Of a stretch of 64,000 nt of DNA, positions 24,733-38,300 are shown in pieces. The notes beneath the pieces are model-generated. The model saw only the letters and a program-made list of their open reading frames with translations, was not told the origin of the DNA and searched no databases. The stretch is from Thalia democratica. Taxonomy: Eukaryota. Within the stretch, counting starts at the first letter, position 1; every line of letters begins with the position of its first letter. The stretch is taken from assembly GCA_965202585.1 (NCBI GenBank), contig OZ241833.1:1054001-1118000 (forward strand), written 5' to 3'. The translations under genes were made by a program, and so were the position numbers.

Positions 24733-27700
24733 TTTAAGTGTTTTGTTTCGTTATCAGTTTTTTTCATACTTGATTATTTTGTAACTTTTATAATTGTTAG
24801 GTCGTTTACCAACACTTTAATTACTAAGATATCTTCTTGAAGTGATACCTTGGTTTTACTAGTCGCATTTAGCTGAATTTTTTTAGAAAATAACTCTGAG
24901 AGTATCAGGTTTATCAAAGCCCAGTCGAATCATCTAAGAATGTTTACATTGCAAAGATAATTGTAGAAATAAAAATTATTTATATAAATGGCGTAGTGTT
25001 TTGTTACGTTATCAGTTTTTTCATACTTGATTATATGGTTACTTTTATAGTTGTTAGGTCGCTTTAATTACTAAGATATCTTCTAAAAGTGATATCTTGG
25101 TTTTACTAGTTGCATTTAGCTGAAAATTATTAGAAAATCAGTCTATAAGTATCAGCTTTATCAAAACCAAGGCGAACCATCTAAAACTGACTAGATTGCA
25201 AAAATAATGCTTGAAATATGAAACTATTTTAATAGATAGTTTAGTGTTTTGTTGCATTTTCAGTTTTTTCATACTTAATAATGGGTTAACTTTTATAATT
25301 GTAAGGTCGTTTAACAACACTTTAAGTACTTAGATAGCTTCTAAAAGTGATAATTTTGTTTTTGCTATTTGCATTTAGCAGAAAATTATTAGAAAATATC
25401 TGTAGGAGTATCAGCTTATAAAAGCCAAGTCGAACCATCTAAAAATCACTGCATCGCAAATAAAATTGCAGAAATATAGAATTAATCTTAGAAAGATTTA
25501 AGTGTTTTAATGCGTTTTAAGTTTTATGAATACTTGATTATGGTGTTACTTTTATAATTGTTAGATGTTTAACAAAGCTTTTATTACTAAGATAACTTCT
25601 ATAAGTGATAACTTTGATTTTTTAGTTGCATTTAAACAATAATTATTAGAAAATATCTCATAGAATCTCAGCTTCTTTATTGAAGTTTAGTTGAACAATC
25701 TAAGAATGACTGCATTTGAAAGATATTTGTATAAATATAAAATTATTTCAATAAATGGTGTAGTGTTTTGTTGCGTTTTCAGTTTTTTCATACTTGATTA
25801 TGGGCAAACTTTTATAATTTTTAAGTCGTTTTTCAACCCTGTATTTACAAAGATAGCTTATAAAAGTGATAACTTTGTTTATAATATTTACATTTAGCTG
25901 TAAATTTCTAGAAAATATCTCATAGAGTCTCAGCTTTGTCAAACCCCAGTCGAACCAAATAACAATGACTGCATTGCAAAGGTAATGGTTGAAATATAAA
26001 ATTATTTTAATAAATGGTTTAGTGTTTTGTTGCGTTCTCAGTTTTTTCATACTAGATAATGGGTTAATTTTTAAAATTGTAATGATGTTTATCAACACTT
26101 TTATTACTTAATAAGCTTCTAAAAGTAATAATTTTGTTTTTTCTCTTAACAATTAGCTGAAAATTATTAGAAAATATCTCTGAGAGTATCAGCTTATCAA
26201 TCCCCAGTCAAACCAAATAACAGTGACTGCATTGCGAAGATAATGGTTGAATAATAAAAATATTTAATGAATTGTGTAGTGTTTCGTTGCATTTTCTGTT
26301 TTTTCATTTTTGATTATGGGGTTACTTTTATAATTGTTAGGTCGTTTATCAACACTTTAATTACTAAGACAACTTCTAAAAGTGATACCTTTGTTTTTAC
26401 TATTTACATTTAGCTGAAAATTATTAGAAAATATATCAAAGAATCTCAGCTTCTTTATCGAAGTCCAGTCGAACAAGCTAAGAATGACTGCATTTCAAAG
26501 ATAATTATATAAATATAAAAATATTTTAATAAGTGGTGTAGTGTTTTGTTGCGTTTTCAGTTTTTTCATACTTGATTATGGGCAAACTTTTATAATTTTT
26601 AAGTCGTTTTTCAACCCTGTATTTACAAAGATAGCTTATAAAAGTGATAACTTTGTTTATAATATTTACATTTAGCAGAAAATTTTTAGAAAATATCTCA
26701 TAGAGTCTCAGCTTTGTCAAACCCCAGTCGAACAAAATAACAATGACTGCATTGCAAAGGTAATGGTTGAAATATAAAATTATTTTAATAAATGGTTTAG
26801 TGTTTTGTTGCGTTTTCAGTTTTTTTATACTTGATTATGGGTTATTTTTTATAATTGTAAGGTCGTTTATCTACACTTTAATTACTTAGTGAGCTTCTTA
26901 AAGTAATAATTTTGTTTTTTCTATTAACATTTAGCTGAAAATTGTTAGAAAATTTGTCTGAGAGTATCAGCTTATGAAAGCCCAGTCGTACCATCTAAGA
27001 ATGACTAGATTGCAAAAATAATGCTTGAAATATGAAATTATTTTAATAGATGGTGTAGTGTTTTGTTGCGTTTTCAGTTTTTTCATACTTGATTATGGGG
27101 TTACTTTTATAATTGTTAGGACGTTTATCAACACTTTATTTACTAAGATAACTTCTAGAACTGATACCTTTGTTTTTCTAGTTGCATTTAGCTGACAATT
27201 ATTAGAAACTATCCCATAGAATCTCAGTTTTATCGAAGCCCATTCGAGCTATCTAAGAGTCACTGCATTGCAAATATAATTGCAGAAATATAAAATTATT
27301 TTAAGAAAGATTTAAGTGTTTTGTTGCGTTTTCAGTTTTTTTCATACATGATTATATTGTAACTTTTATAAATTTAAGGTCGTTTATCAATGCTTTAAAT
27401 ACTAAGATAACTTCTAAAAGTGATAACTTTATTTTTCTAGTTGCATTTAGCAGAAAATTATTAGAAAATCTGTCTGAGAGTATCAGCTTTATCAAAACCC
27501 AGTCAAACAAGCTAGGAATTACGGCATTTTAAAATTAATGGTAAAAATATAAAACTATTTTAAAAAATAATGTAGTGTTTTGTTGCGTTTTCAGTTTTTT
27601 CATACTAAATTATGTAGTAACTTTTATAATATAAAGTCGTTTATCAACGCTTTAATTACTAAGATAACTTCTAAAAGTGATACTTTTGTTTTTCGACTTG

Positions 27701-30700
27701 CATTTAGCTGACAATTATAAGAAATTATCTCATAGAAACTCAGCTTTATTTAAGCCAGTCGTACCAGCTATAAATAACTGCTTTGCAAAGATTATTCTAA
27801 ATATATAAAATTGTTATAATTAATGGTGTAATGTTTTGTTGCGTTTTCAGTTTTTTTCTTATTAATTATTGTGTAAATTTTATAGTTGTTAGGTCGTTTA
27901 TCAACACTTTAATTACTAAGATAAATTTCAAAAAAGATACCTTTGTTTTATAGTTGCATTTAGCTAAAAATTATTAGAAAATATATCTGTGAGTATTAGC
28001 TTTTTTAAAACGTAGTCGAACCAGCTAAGATTGACTACAATGCAAAAATAATGGTAGAACTATAAAATTATTTTAATAAATTGTGTAGTGTTTTGTTGCG
28101 TTTTCAGTTTTTTTCATACTTGATAATAGGGTAACTTTCATAAATTTTAGGTCGTTTATCAACGCTTTATTTACAAAAATAATTCTAAAAGTGAAAACTT
28201 TGATTTTCTAGTTGCATTCAGCTTAAAATTATTAGAAAATATTTCATAGAATCTCAGTTTTATCGAAGCTTCGTCGAACTATATAAGAATCACTGCATTG
28301 CAAAGATAATTCCAGAAATATAAAATTAATTTAAGAAAGATTTGAGTGTTTTGTTGCGTTTTCAGTTTTTATCATACTTGATTATGTTGTAACTTTTATA
28401 AATTTTAGGTCGTTTATCAACGCTATAATTACTAAGATAACTTCTAAAAGTAATAACTTCGTTTTTCTAGTCTTATTTCGCCAAAATTATAAGAAAGTAT
28501 CTTTAAGAACATCAGCTTTATCAAAGGCCAGTCGAACCATCTATAAATGAAATCATTGCAAAGATAATTGTAGAAATATAAAACTATTTCAATAAATGGT
28601 GTAGTGTTTTGTTGCGTTATCAGTTTTTTTCATACTTGATTATGGGGTAACTTTTATAATTGTTAGATCGTTTATCAACACTTTAATTAATAAGATAAGT
28701 TCTAAAAGAGATAAATTTGATTTTCTAGTTGCATTTAGCTGATAATTATTAGAAAATATCTCTAAGCTTTATGTATCAGCTTTATCAAAACCCAGTCGAA
28801 CCAGCTAGGAATGACTGCATTGCAAAGTTAATGGTAGAAATATAAAATGATTTTAATAAATGGTGTAGTGTTTTGTTGCGTTTTCAGTTTTTTTCATACT
28901 TGATTATTTTGTTACTTTTATAATAGATAGATCGTTTATCAACACTTTAATTACTAAGATAACTTCTATAAGTGATACCTTTATTTTTCTAGTTACATTT
29001 AGCTGACAATTATTAGAAAATCTGTCTGAGAGTGTCAGCTGTATTAAAACCAAGGCGAAACAGCTAAGAATGACTGCATTGCAAAGATAATGGTAGAAAT
29101 ATAAAATTATTTTAATTAATTGTCTAGTGTTTTGTTGCGTTTTCAGTTTTTTTCAAATTTGATAACTGGTTAACTTTTATAATTGTAAGGTTGTTATCAA
29201 CACTTAAAGTACTTAAATAGCTTCTAAAAGTGATAATTATGTTTTTACTATTTCAATTTAACTGATAATTATTAGAACATATCTCATAGATTCTCAGCTT
29301 TATCGAAGCCAAATCGAACTAGCTAAGAATGACTGCAATGCAAAGATAATTGTAGAAATATAAAATTATTTTAATAAATGGTGTAGTGTTTTGTTGAATT
29401 TTCAGTTTTTTTCATACTTGATTATGGGGTAAATTTTTTAATTGTTAGGTCGTTTATCAACACTTTAATTACTAAGATAACTTGTAAAAGTGATACCTTT
29501 GTTTTTCTAGTTGCATTTGGCTGAAAATTAGTAGAAAGTCTGTCTGATAGTATCAGCTTTATCAAAACCCATTTGAACAAGCTGAGAATGACGGCATTTC
29601 AAAATTAATGGTATAAATATAAAATTATTTAATTTAAAGGTGTAGTGTTTTGTTGCGTTTTCAGTTTTTTCATACTAAATTATGTAGTAACTTTTATAAT
29701 TTTTAGGTCGTTTATCAACGCTTTAATTACTAAGATAACTTCTAAAAGTGATACCTTTGTTTTTCGACTTGCATTAAGCTGACAATTATTAGAAATTATC
29801 TCATAGAATCTCAGCTTTATTGAAGCCAGGTAAACCAGCTAAGAATGACTGCATTCCAAAGATAATTCTAGAAATATAAAATAATTATTTTAATAATTGG
29901 TGTAGTATTTTGTTGCGTTTTTAGTTTTTTCATACTTTATTATGGGGAACTTTTATTGTTGTTAGGTCGTTTATCAACACTTTAATTATTTAGATAACTT
30001 TTAAAAGTTACACTTTCGTTTTTCTAGTTGCGTTTAGCTGAAAATTATTAGAAAATATGTCTGAGAGTATGAGGTTTTTTAAAACTCAATCGATCCAGCT
30101 AGGAATGACTGCAATGCAAAGATAGTGGCAAAACTATATAATTATTTTAATAAATGGTATAGTGTTTTGTTGCGTTTTCTGTTTTTTCATACTTGATTAT
30201 GGGGTAACTTTTATACATTTTAGGTCGATCATTACTTTATTTACCAAAATAATTTCTAATAGTGATAACTTTGATTTACTAGCTGTATTTAGCTGAAAAT
30301 TATCAGAAATTATCCCATAGATACTCAGTTTTATCGAAGCCCAGTCGAACCATCTAAAAATCAATACATTGCAAAGATAATTGCTGAAGTATAAAATTAT
30401 TTTAAGAAAGATTTAAGTGTTTTGTTGCGGTATCAGTTTTTTAAAACTTGATTATGTGGTAACTTTTATAATTTTTAGGTCGTTTATCAACGCTTTATTT
30501 ACCAAAATAATTTCTAAAAGTAATAACTTTGATATACTAGTTGCGTTTAGCTGGCATTTATTAGAAAATATCTCTGAGAGTATCAGCTTTATAAAAGCCC
30601 AGTCGAACCAGATAAGAATTACTGAAATGCAAAAATAATTGTAAAAACAGTAAATTATTTTGATAGATGGTGTCGTGTTTTGTTGCGTTTTCAGTTTTTG

Positions 30701-32300
30701 CTTACTTGATTATTTATTAACTTTTATAATTGTTATGTCATTTATCAACACTTTAATTACTAAGATAACTTCTAAAAGTGATACCTTTGTTTTTCTAGTT
30801 GTATTTAGCTGAAAATTATTAGAAAATATCTCTGAGATTATCAGCTTATGAAATCAAAGTTGAACCATCAAAAAATCACTGCATTGCATAGATAACTGCA
30901 AAAATATAATATTATTTTGAGAAGGATTTAAGTGTTTTGCTGCGTTTTCAGTTTTTTTCATACTTGATTATTGGGTTACTTTTAAAATTGTTAGGTCGTT
31001 TATTAACACTTTAGTTATTAAGATAACTTCTAGAAGTGAAACCTTTGGTTTTTTAATTGCATTTAGCTGAAAATTATTAAAAAATATCTAATAGAATCTC
31101 AGCTTTAACGAAGCCCAGTTGAACCAGCTAAGAATGACTGCATTGCAAAGATAATTCTAGAAATATAAAATCATTTTAATTAATAATGTAGTGTTTTGTT
31201 GTGTTTTTAGTTTTATTTATACTTGATTATGGGGTAATTGTTACACTTGTTAGGTCGTTATTCAACACTTTAATTATTAAGATAACTTCTAAAAGTGATA
31301 CCTTTGTTTTTCTAGTTGCAATTAGCTGAAAATTATTATAAAATCTGTCTGAGAGTATCAGCTTTATTAAAACCTAGTCGAAGAAGCTAAGAATGACTGC
31401 TTTTCGTAGATAATGGTAAAAATATAATATTATTTGAATTAATGGTGTAGTATTTTGTTGCGTTTAAAGTTTTTTCATACTAGATTATGGGGTAAGTTTA
31501 TAATATTAGGTCGTTTATCAACGCTTTAGTTACTAATATAACTTCTAAAAGTGATATCTTTGTTTTTCGACTTGCATTTAGCTGAAAAGTATTAGAAAAT
31601 ATCTCATAGAATCTCAGCATTATTGAAGCCAGTCGAACCAGCTAAGAATGAATACATTGCAAAGATAATTCTAGAAATATAAAATTATTTTAATTAATGG
31701 TGTAGTGTTTTGTTGTGTTTTTAGTTTTATTTATACTTGATTATGGGGTAACTGTTACACTTGTTAGGTCGTTTATCAACAGTTTAATTATTAAGATAAT
31801 TTCTAAAGGTGATACCTTTGTTTTCCTAGTTGCAATTAGATAAATATTATTAGAAAATCTGACTGAGAGTATCAGCTTTATCAAAACCTAGTCAAACAAG
31901 CAAAAGAATGACTGCATTTCGTAGATAATGGTAAAAATATAAAATTGTTTTAATAAATGATGTAGTGTTTTGTTTCATTAAAAGTTTTCATACTAAATTA
32001 TGTTGTAACTTTTACAATTTTAGTCGTTTTTCAACGCTTTAATTACTAAGATAACTTCTAAAAGTGATACCTTCGTTTTTTGACTTGCATTTAGCTGAAA
32101 ATCATTAGAAATATCTCATAGAATCTTAGTTTTATTAAAACTTAGTCGAACAAGCTAAGAATGACTGCATTTCAAAGATAATGGTAAAAATATAAAATTA
32201 TTTTTATAATTGATGTAGTATTTTGTTGCGTTTAAAGTTTTTTCATACTAGATTATCTGGAAACTTTTAAAATTTTTAATCGTTTATCAACGCTTTAATT

Positions 32301-35300
32301 CAGGGGTCGGCAAGCAGTTGGTGGTCGCGGGCCAAATTTCAAGTTTACAAAGTCTTCGCGGGCTGCAGTTTTAGTTTTAGTGACATTTGAATAATCTTTT
32401 GATTTTAGCTTTAGTCACACTAGAGAAAATTTTTTTTTATTCACCTTATCATTCAAAATAACTATAAGCTATACACAGAATGACTATTTAAATTAAATTA
32501 AATAAAATTAGAATAAAATTTACATTGACTAATATACTTAAGTGTTAATAAACTATTAACTTTTATAAGCACTTACTAAGTTAAATTTAATACTTTTGTA
32601 TTTTTACATACAATTTAACTCTCTTTAAAAACCAAACTTGAAAGACAATTTATTAGTTACTTTTACATATTTGTTATATTATCAACCTCTTTTTTCATAT
32701 TTCTAAGAATATTAACTTCAAAAAAAAATTTTTGCGTGTTAAATAGTTTACATCCATTAAAAAAATTAGTTATTAGTTAATTTAATAAAATCAATACCTG
32801 TTTGTATTATAGAAACCTAGAACAAATTCTTTAACATAATTAAATCTCGAATACTTGAATAAAACATCTCATTAGTAACTAGTATTTTACATGGTTGTCA
32901 CTTAAAAAGCAAAAATGTCTGAGTTGTATCAAACCAACCTAAGTTCATTAAAAGTTTGAAAAGCTAATAAATAGCTGTTAATCAAGCTTAAGTACCTAGT
33001 AAAAATATCATTATCATTAAAAAGTACACAAAGTGTAAAAAAAACAAGAAAAAACTACAATAAGTAAACTTCACTACAGTCATAAAAACTATTCTGGGAA
33101 TTCTAAGATTTATTAAAAGTGATTGAAATAAAAGTTTCAACCACATCTGAGTTTTCAAGCTTTTAAAACAGCCTGTTTGTGTAGCAACCCAGTTAAAACA
33201 AATTTCCCAACATAATGAAATAACGAAACTTATTAACAGTAAACAAACTACATGCCAAAAAAATATAAGTCAGCTGGAATGGACAATTAACTTTCTTAAA
33301 CATTTTTAACAAAAGTATAAAACTTAGTTGAGTCATTAGCGAAGAGAAAAACCTCTTTTTTATTAAGCATTACAGCAATTCTTTATCTGCAATAAGAATT
33401 TGAAAATATTAGTTGTAAAAGACGAGCAACAAAAAAAAACATTAGTTAGGAGTTATTGCGAGAAACAATAAAAAAACAAATCACCAAAGTCAGTTACAAC
33501 AAAGCACATGATTATCTTCAGTAACTACAGAATTATCAGAAAAAAAGTTGTAAAGGCAAGTTTTAAAGTAGCAAAATTTATTATTAATAATGAGATACCG
33601 TTTATAATTGAAAACTTTTTTAAAGAAACTTTGTTGGCAGTAATGAAAAACTGTTGTTTATTTCTTCAATGACAACAAAAAGTCCTATTTAGGAAATGTA
33701 TTAAGGTTATAAAGTCGCATAATTCAAATTATGACTTTAATCAATATGTTAAGATGAGAGCACTAATAGAAAAACTATTGCTCATCTGAGAATTTTTATT
33801 AGAGATGTTTTTTTAATGTTGACACTTTAGTATAATTTCTTGGTTTAGTTCAAACACAAAGCACAACAATCGGTGAAATTTTACAAGTAAATGTGCAATG
33901 CACCAAAAGTTTTTAGAAGTACAATTTCTTCTTTTATTTTTAGTATAAAGTTTAATTAAAGTTTAAAAAAAGATCTTATAAAGTAAATCAATATTAAAAA
34001 ACACTGTTAATCTATTTTAATAAATTTTTAATATAAAAATGTTTATTTGCTAAATTTTTTGTGTCAAATCGAAAGTTCACTACTTTACATGTAAAAATTG
34101 TTTGAAACTCCAGGCTTTTTCAAAAATTCTCAAATTCAAGTTTTTTTCCAAAACTTTTAAGCATAAATTTTCAAGTTCAAAGCTTAACTTGATATATTAT
34201 AACATATATTATAACTGAAACTAACACTTTGGGTTGAGCAAAACTTACATAATAAGTTTAAATTGCCACACTTTTAAGCAAAAAAGCCAGCCTGAATTGA
34301 CAAAAACATTCCTGATATTTTTGTATACAAAAAACAATTCTAGCCAAAAACTTATAAAATGACTTAGTTGGCCTGAGATTTGAAGTCTTCAAATAGTGAT
34401 AGTCTGAGTGTGTGTCAATGTTTATAAACTATCCCTAAGTCTAGTTTATATTAAATAGGTAGCTCCAAAAACAGCAAATGTGTGTATTGATATGCAAAGC
34501 AAAAAAGTTAACTTAGTTTGACAAAATCAATGTTTGAAAAATCAAAATGTATACCTAACAAAAACTATATTAGTTTATGTCATATATATTGTTCTAATTG
34601 TGTCTGTACAAATTTAGATATTACATGTAGAAAAAACAAACTTAGAAAATTATGCATAAACTAAACTTGATATAACTAAAGTATTTTATAAAAAGTGGTT
34701 TAAAATATGAGCATTTTGTTAAGTTGGTTTGCATATAAATTAGTGCAAAGAAAACTTCTAAAAAATTAAAATGTGTCAAAACAAACTTAAATAAACCTTT
34801 TTTTCTTATTACTATGTTATTTTAAATGTTTTTACACTAAAATATAACATTTACAAATAAAAAAAATATAAAAGAAACTTAGGTATAAAAAATATAGGAA
34901 AGAATATTTAAGCTATAAAGAAATGACACTTTATTTAATTACTGTGCATTACTTTTGATCATAATGGAAAACATTTGTATTTAGTTTATTTGATAAATAG
35001 GTATAATATAACTAACTTATTAAATTCAAGCGCTCTTTTTCAGAAAATTACTTGCTGTTGTAAAATAGAAGTTATTATAAAACTCAGAAAAATATCCTGT
35101 TAGAATGCTCATCTGTCTTTTTCACATTTTTAAATTAAAGTAGTAACTTCTTCTGATTATTTCTAAATGTTATACAGAGACTTAAAACTAAACTAAAAAA
35201 GTTAAATCGAATTACCGGAAAAAAATTTACTTGAAATATATTTTTGCTCAGCGGGCCACTTTTACATGCTCGCGGGCGACAAAATTTTCTTTCGCGGGCC

Positions 35301-35393
35301 GCATTCCATTCAAAAAAATAACGTGCTCGCGGGCCGCAGATTTACCCTTCGCGGGCCGCAATTAGCCCGCGGGCCGCAGTTTGCCGACCCCTG
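32301..35393 (+). mobile_element. hAT-superfamily DNA transposon (Charlie/SPIN-like), non-autonomous or decayed, 3093 bp
   Basis: Perfect 13-bp TIR: CAGGGGTCGGCAA (32301-32313) and TTGCCGACCCCTG (35381-35393). The 8-bp TSD CTTTAATT lies at 32293-32300 and 35394-35401 and has a central TA. GCGGGCC subterminal repeats occur at both ends (about six at 35250-35380). The flanks rejoin into a normal satellite A monomer. Confidence 0.95.
33361..33672 (+). pseudogene. Remnant of a Charlie/SPIN/GTF2IRD2-type hAT transposase N-terminal region
   Basis: Bases 33541-33660 read KKVVKASFKVAKFIINNEIPFIIENFFKETLLAVMKNCCL, resembling the KASF.VA..IA...KPF..GE..KE.LL segment of Charlie-group transposases. An upstream KHYSN resembles the RHY..KH motif. 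The region is flanked by stops, and I recognised no DDE core. Confidence 0.45.
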
Positions 35394-38300
35394 CTTTAAT
35401 TACTAAGATAACTTCTAAAAGTAATACCTTTGTTTTTTGACTAGCATTTAGCTAAAAATTATTAGAAATATCTCATAGAATCTCAGCTTTATTGGAGCCA
35501 GGTAAACCAGCTAAGAATGACTGCATTCCAAAGATAATTCTAGAAATATAAAATTATTTTAATAAATGGTGTAGTGTTTTGTTGTGTTTTTAGTTTTTTC
35601 ATACTTGATTATGGGGTAACTTTTATAGTTGTTAGGTCGTTTATCAACACTTTAATTACTTAGATAACTTTAAAAGTGCTAATTTGTTTTTCTAATTGCA
35701 TTTAGCTGAAAATTATTAGAAAATATCTCTGAGATTATCAGCTTATCAAATCCAAGTTGAACAATCAAAAAATCACTGCATTGCAAAGATAATTGCAGAA
35801 ATGTAATATTATTTTGAGAAGGATTTAATTGTTTTGTTTCGTTATCAGTTTTTTTCATACTTGATTATTTTGTAACTTTTATAATTGTTAGGTCGTTTAT
35901 CAACACTTTAATTACTAAGATAACTTCTAGAAGTGATAACATTGTTTTTCTAGTTGCATTTAGCTGAAAAATATTATAAAATATCTAATAGAATCTCAGC
36001 ATTATCGAAGCCCAGTCGAACTATCTAAGAATGACTGCATTGCAAAGATAATTGTAGAAATATGAAATTATTTTAATAAATGGTATAGTGTTTTGTTGCA
36101 TTTTCAGTTTTTTTAATACTTTATTATGAACTAACTTTTATAATTGTTAGATCGTTTATCAACACTTTAATTACTAAGTTAATTTCTAAAAGTAAAACCT
36201 TTGTTATTCTAGTCTTATTTAGCTGAAAATTAATAGAATATATCTCTATGAGTATCAGTTTTATCAAAGGCCAGTCTAACCAGCTAAGAATAACTGCATT
36301 GCAAAGTAAAATGTATAAATATAAAATTATTTCAATAAATTATGTAGTGTTTTTTTGCGTTTTCAGTTTTTTTCATACTTGATAATGGGGTAACTTTTAG
36401 AATTTTAGGTCGTTTATCAACGCTTTATTTACCAAAATAATTTCTAAGGTGATACCTTTGTTTTTTTAGTTGCATTTAGCTGACAATTATTAGAAAATAT
36501 CTCTGAGAGTATCAGCTTTATCAAAGCCCAGTCGAACCAGCTAAGAATGACTGCAATGCAAAAATAATTGTAGAAATAGTAAATTATTTTGATAGATGGT
36601 TTCGTGTTTTGTTGCGTTTTCAGTTTTTTCTTACTTGATTATGGGGTAACTTTTATTATATTTATGTCGTTTATCAACACTTAATTTACTTAGATAGCTT
36701 CTAAAAGTGATAACTTTGTTTTTACTATTTACGTTTAGCTGATAATTATTAGAAATATCTCTGAGATTATCAGCTTATGAAAGCCAAGTCGAACCATCTA
36801 AGAATCACTGCATCGCAAAGATAATTGCAGAAATATAGTATTAATCTAAGAAAGATTTAAGTGTTTTAATGCGTTATAAGTTTTATGAATAATTGATCAT
36901 GGTGTTACTTTTATAATTGTTAGGTCTTTAACAAAGCTTTTATTACTAAGATAACTTCTATAAGTGATAACTTTGATTTTTTAGTTGCATCTAACCAATA
37001 ATTATTAGAAAATATCTCATAGATACTCAGCTTCTTTATTGAAGTCCAGTTGAACAAGCTAAGAATGACTGCATTTCAAAGATATTTGTATAAATATAAA
37101 ATTATTTTATTAAATGGTGTAATATTTTGTTGCGTTTTCAGTTTTTTCATACTTGATTATGGGCAAACTTTTTTAATTTTTAAGTCGTTTATCAACGCTT
37201 TATTTACAAAGATAGCTTATAAAAGTGATAACTTTGTTTATAATATTTACATTTAGCAGAAAATTATTAGAAAATATCTCATAGAATCTCAGCTTTGTCA
37301 AAGCCCAGTCGAACTAAATAACAATGACTGCATTGCAAAGGTAATGGTTGAAATATAAAATTATTTAAATAAATGGTTTAGTGTTTTGTTGCGTTTTCAG
37401 TTTTTTCATACTAGATAATGGGTTAATTTTTATAATTGTAAGGTTGTTTATCAACACTTTAATTATTTAGTAAGCTTCTAAAAGTAATAATTTTGTTTTT
37501 TCTCTTAACAATTAGCTGAAAATTATTAGAAAATATGTCTGAAAGTATCAACTTATGTAGCCCAGTCGAACCATCTAAAAATCACTGCAATGCTAAGATA
37601 ATTGTAAAAAAAAAATTATAATAAATGGTGTAGTGATTTGTTGCGTTTTCAGTTTTTTCATACTTGATTATTGGGGCAAACTTTTATAATTTTTAAGTCG
37701 TTTATCAACGTTTTATTTACAAAGATAAGTTCTAAAATAAATAATTTTGTTTTTAATTTTTACATTTAGCTAAAAATTATTAAAAAATATCTTATAGATT
37801 CTCAGCTTTATCAAAGCCCAGACGAAGAAAATAAGAATGACTGCATTGCGAAGATAATGGTTGAAATATAAAATTATTTTAAGAAATGGTTTAGTGTTTT
37901 GTTGCGTTATAAGTTTTTTCATACTAGATAATGGGTTAATTTTTTAAATTGTAAGGCTAATTATCATCACTTTAAATACTAAGATAACTTCTAGAAGTAA
38001 TACCTTTGTTTTTCTAGTTGCATTTAACTGACAATTATTAGAAAATATCTCATAGAGTCTCCGCTTTGTCAAACCCCAGTCGAACCAAATAACAATGACT
38101 GCATTGCAAAGGTAATGGTTGAATTATAAAATTAATTTAATAAATGGTTCAGTGTTTTGTTGCGTTTTCAGTTTTTTCATACTAGATAATGGGTTAATTT
38201 TTAAAATTGTAAGGTTGTTTATCAACACTTTAATTACTTAGTAAGCTTCTAAAAGTAATAATTTTGTTTTTTCTTATAACAATTAGCTTAAAATTATTCA

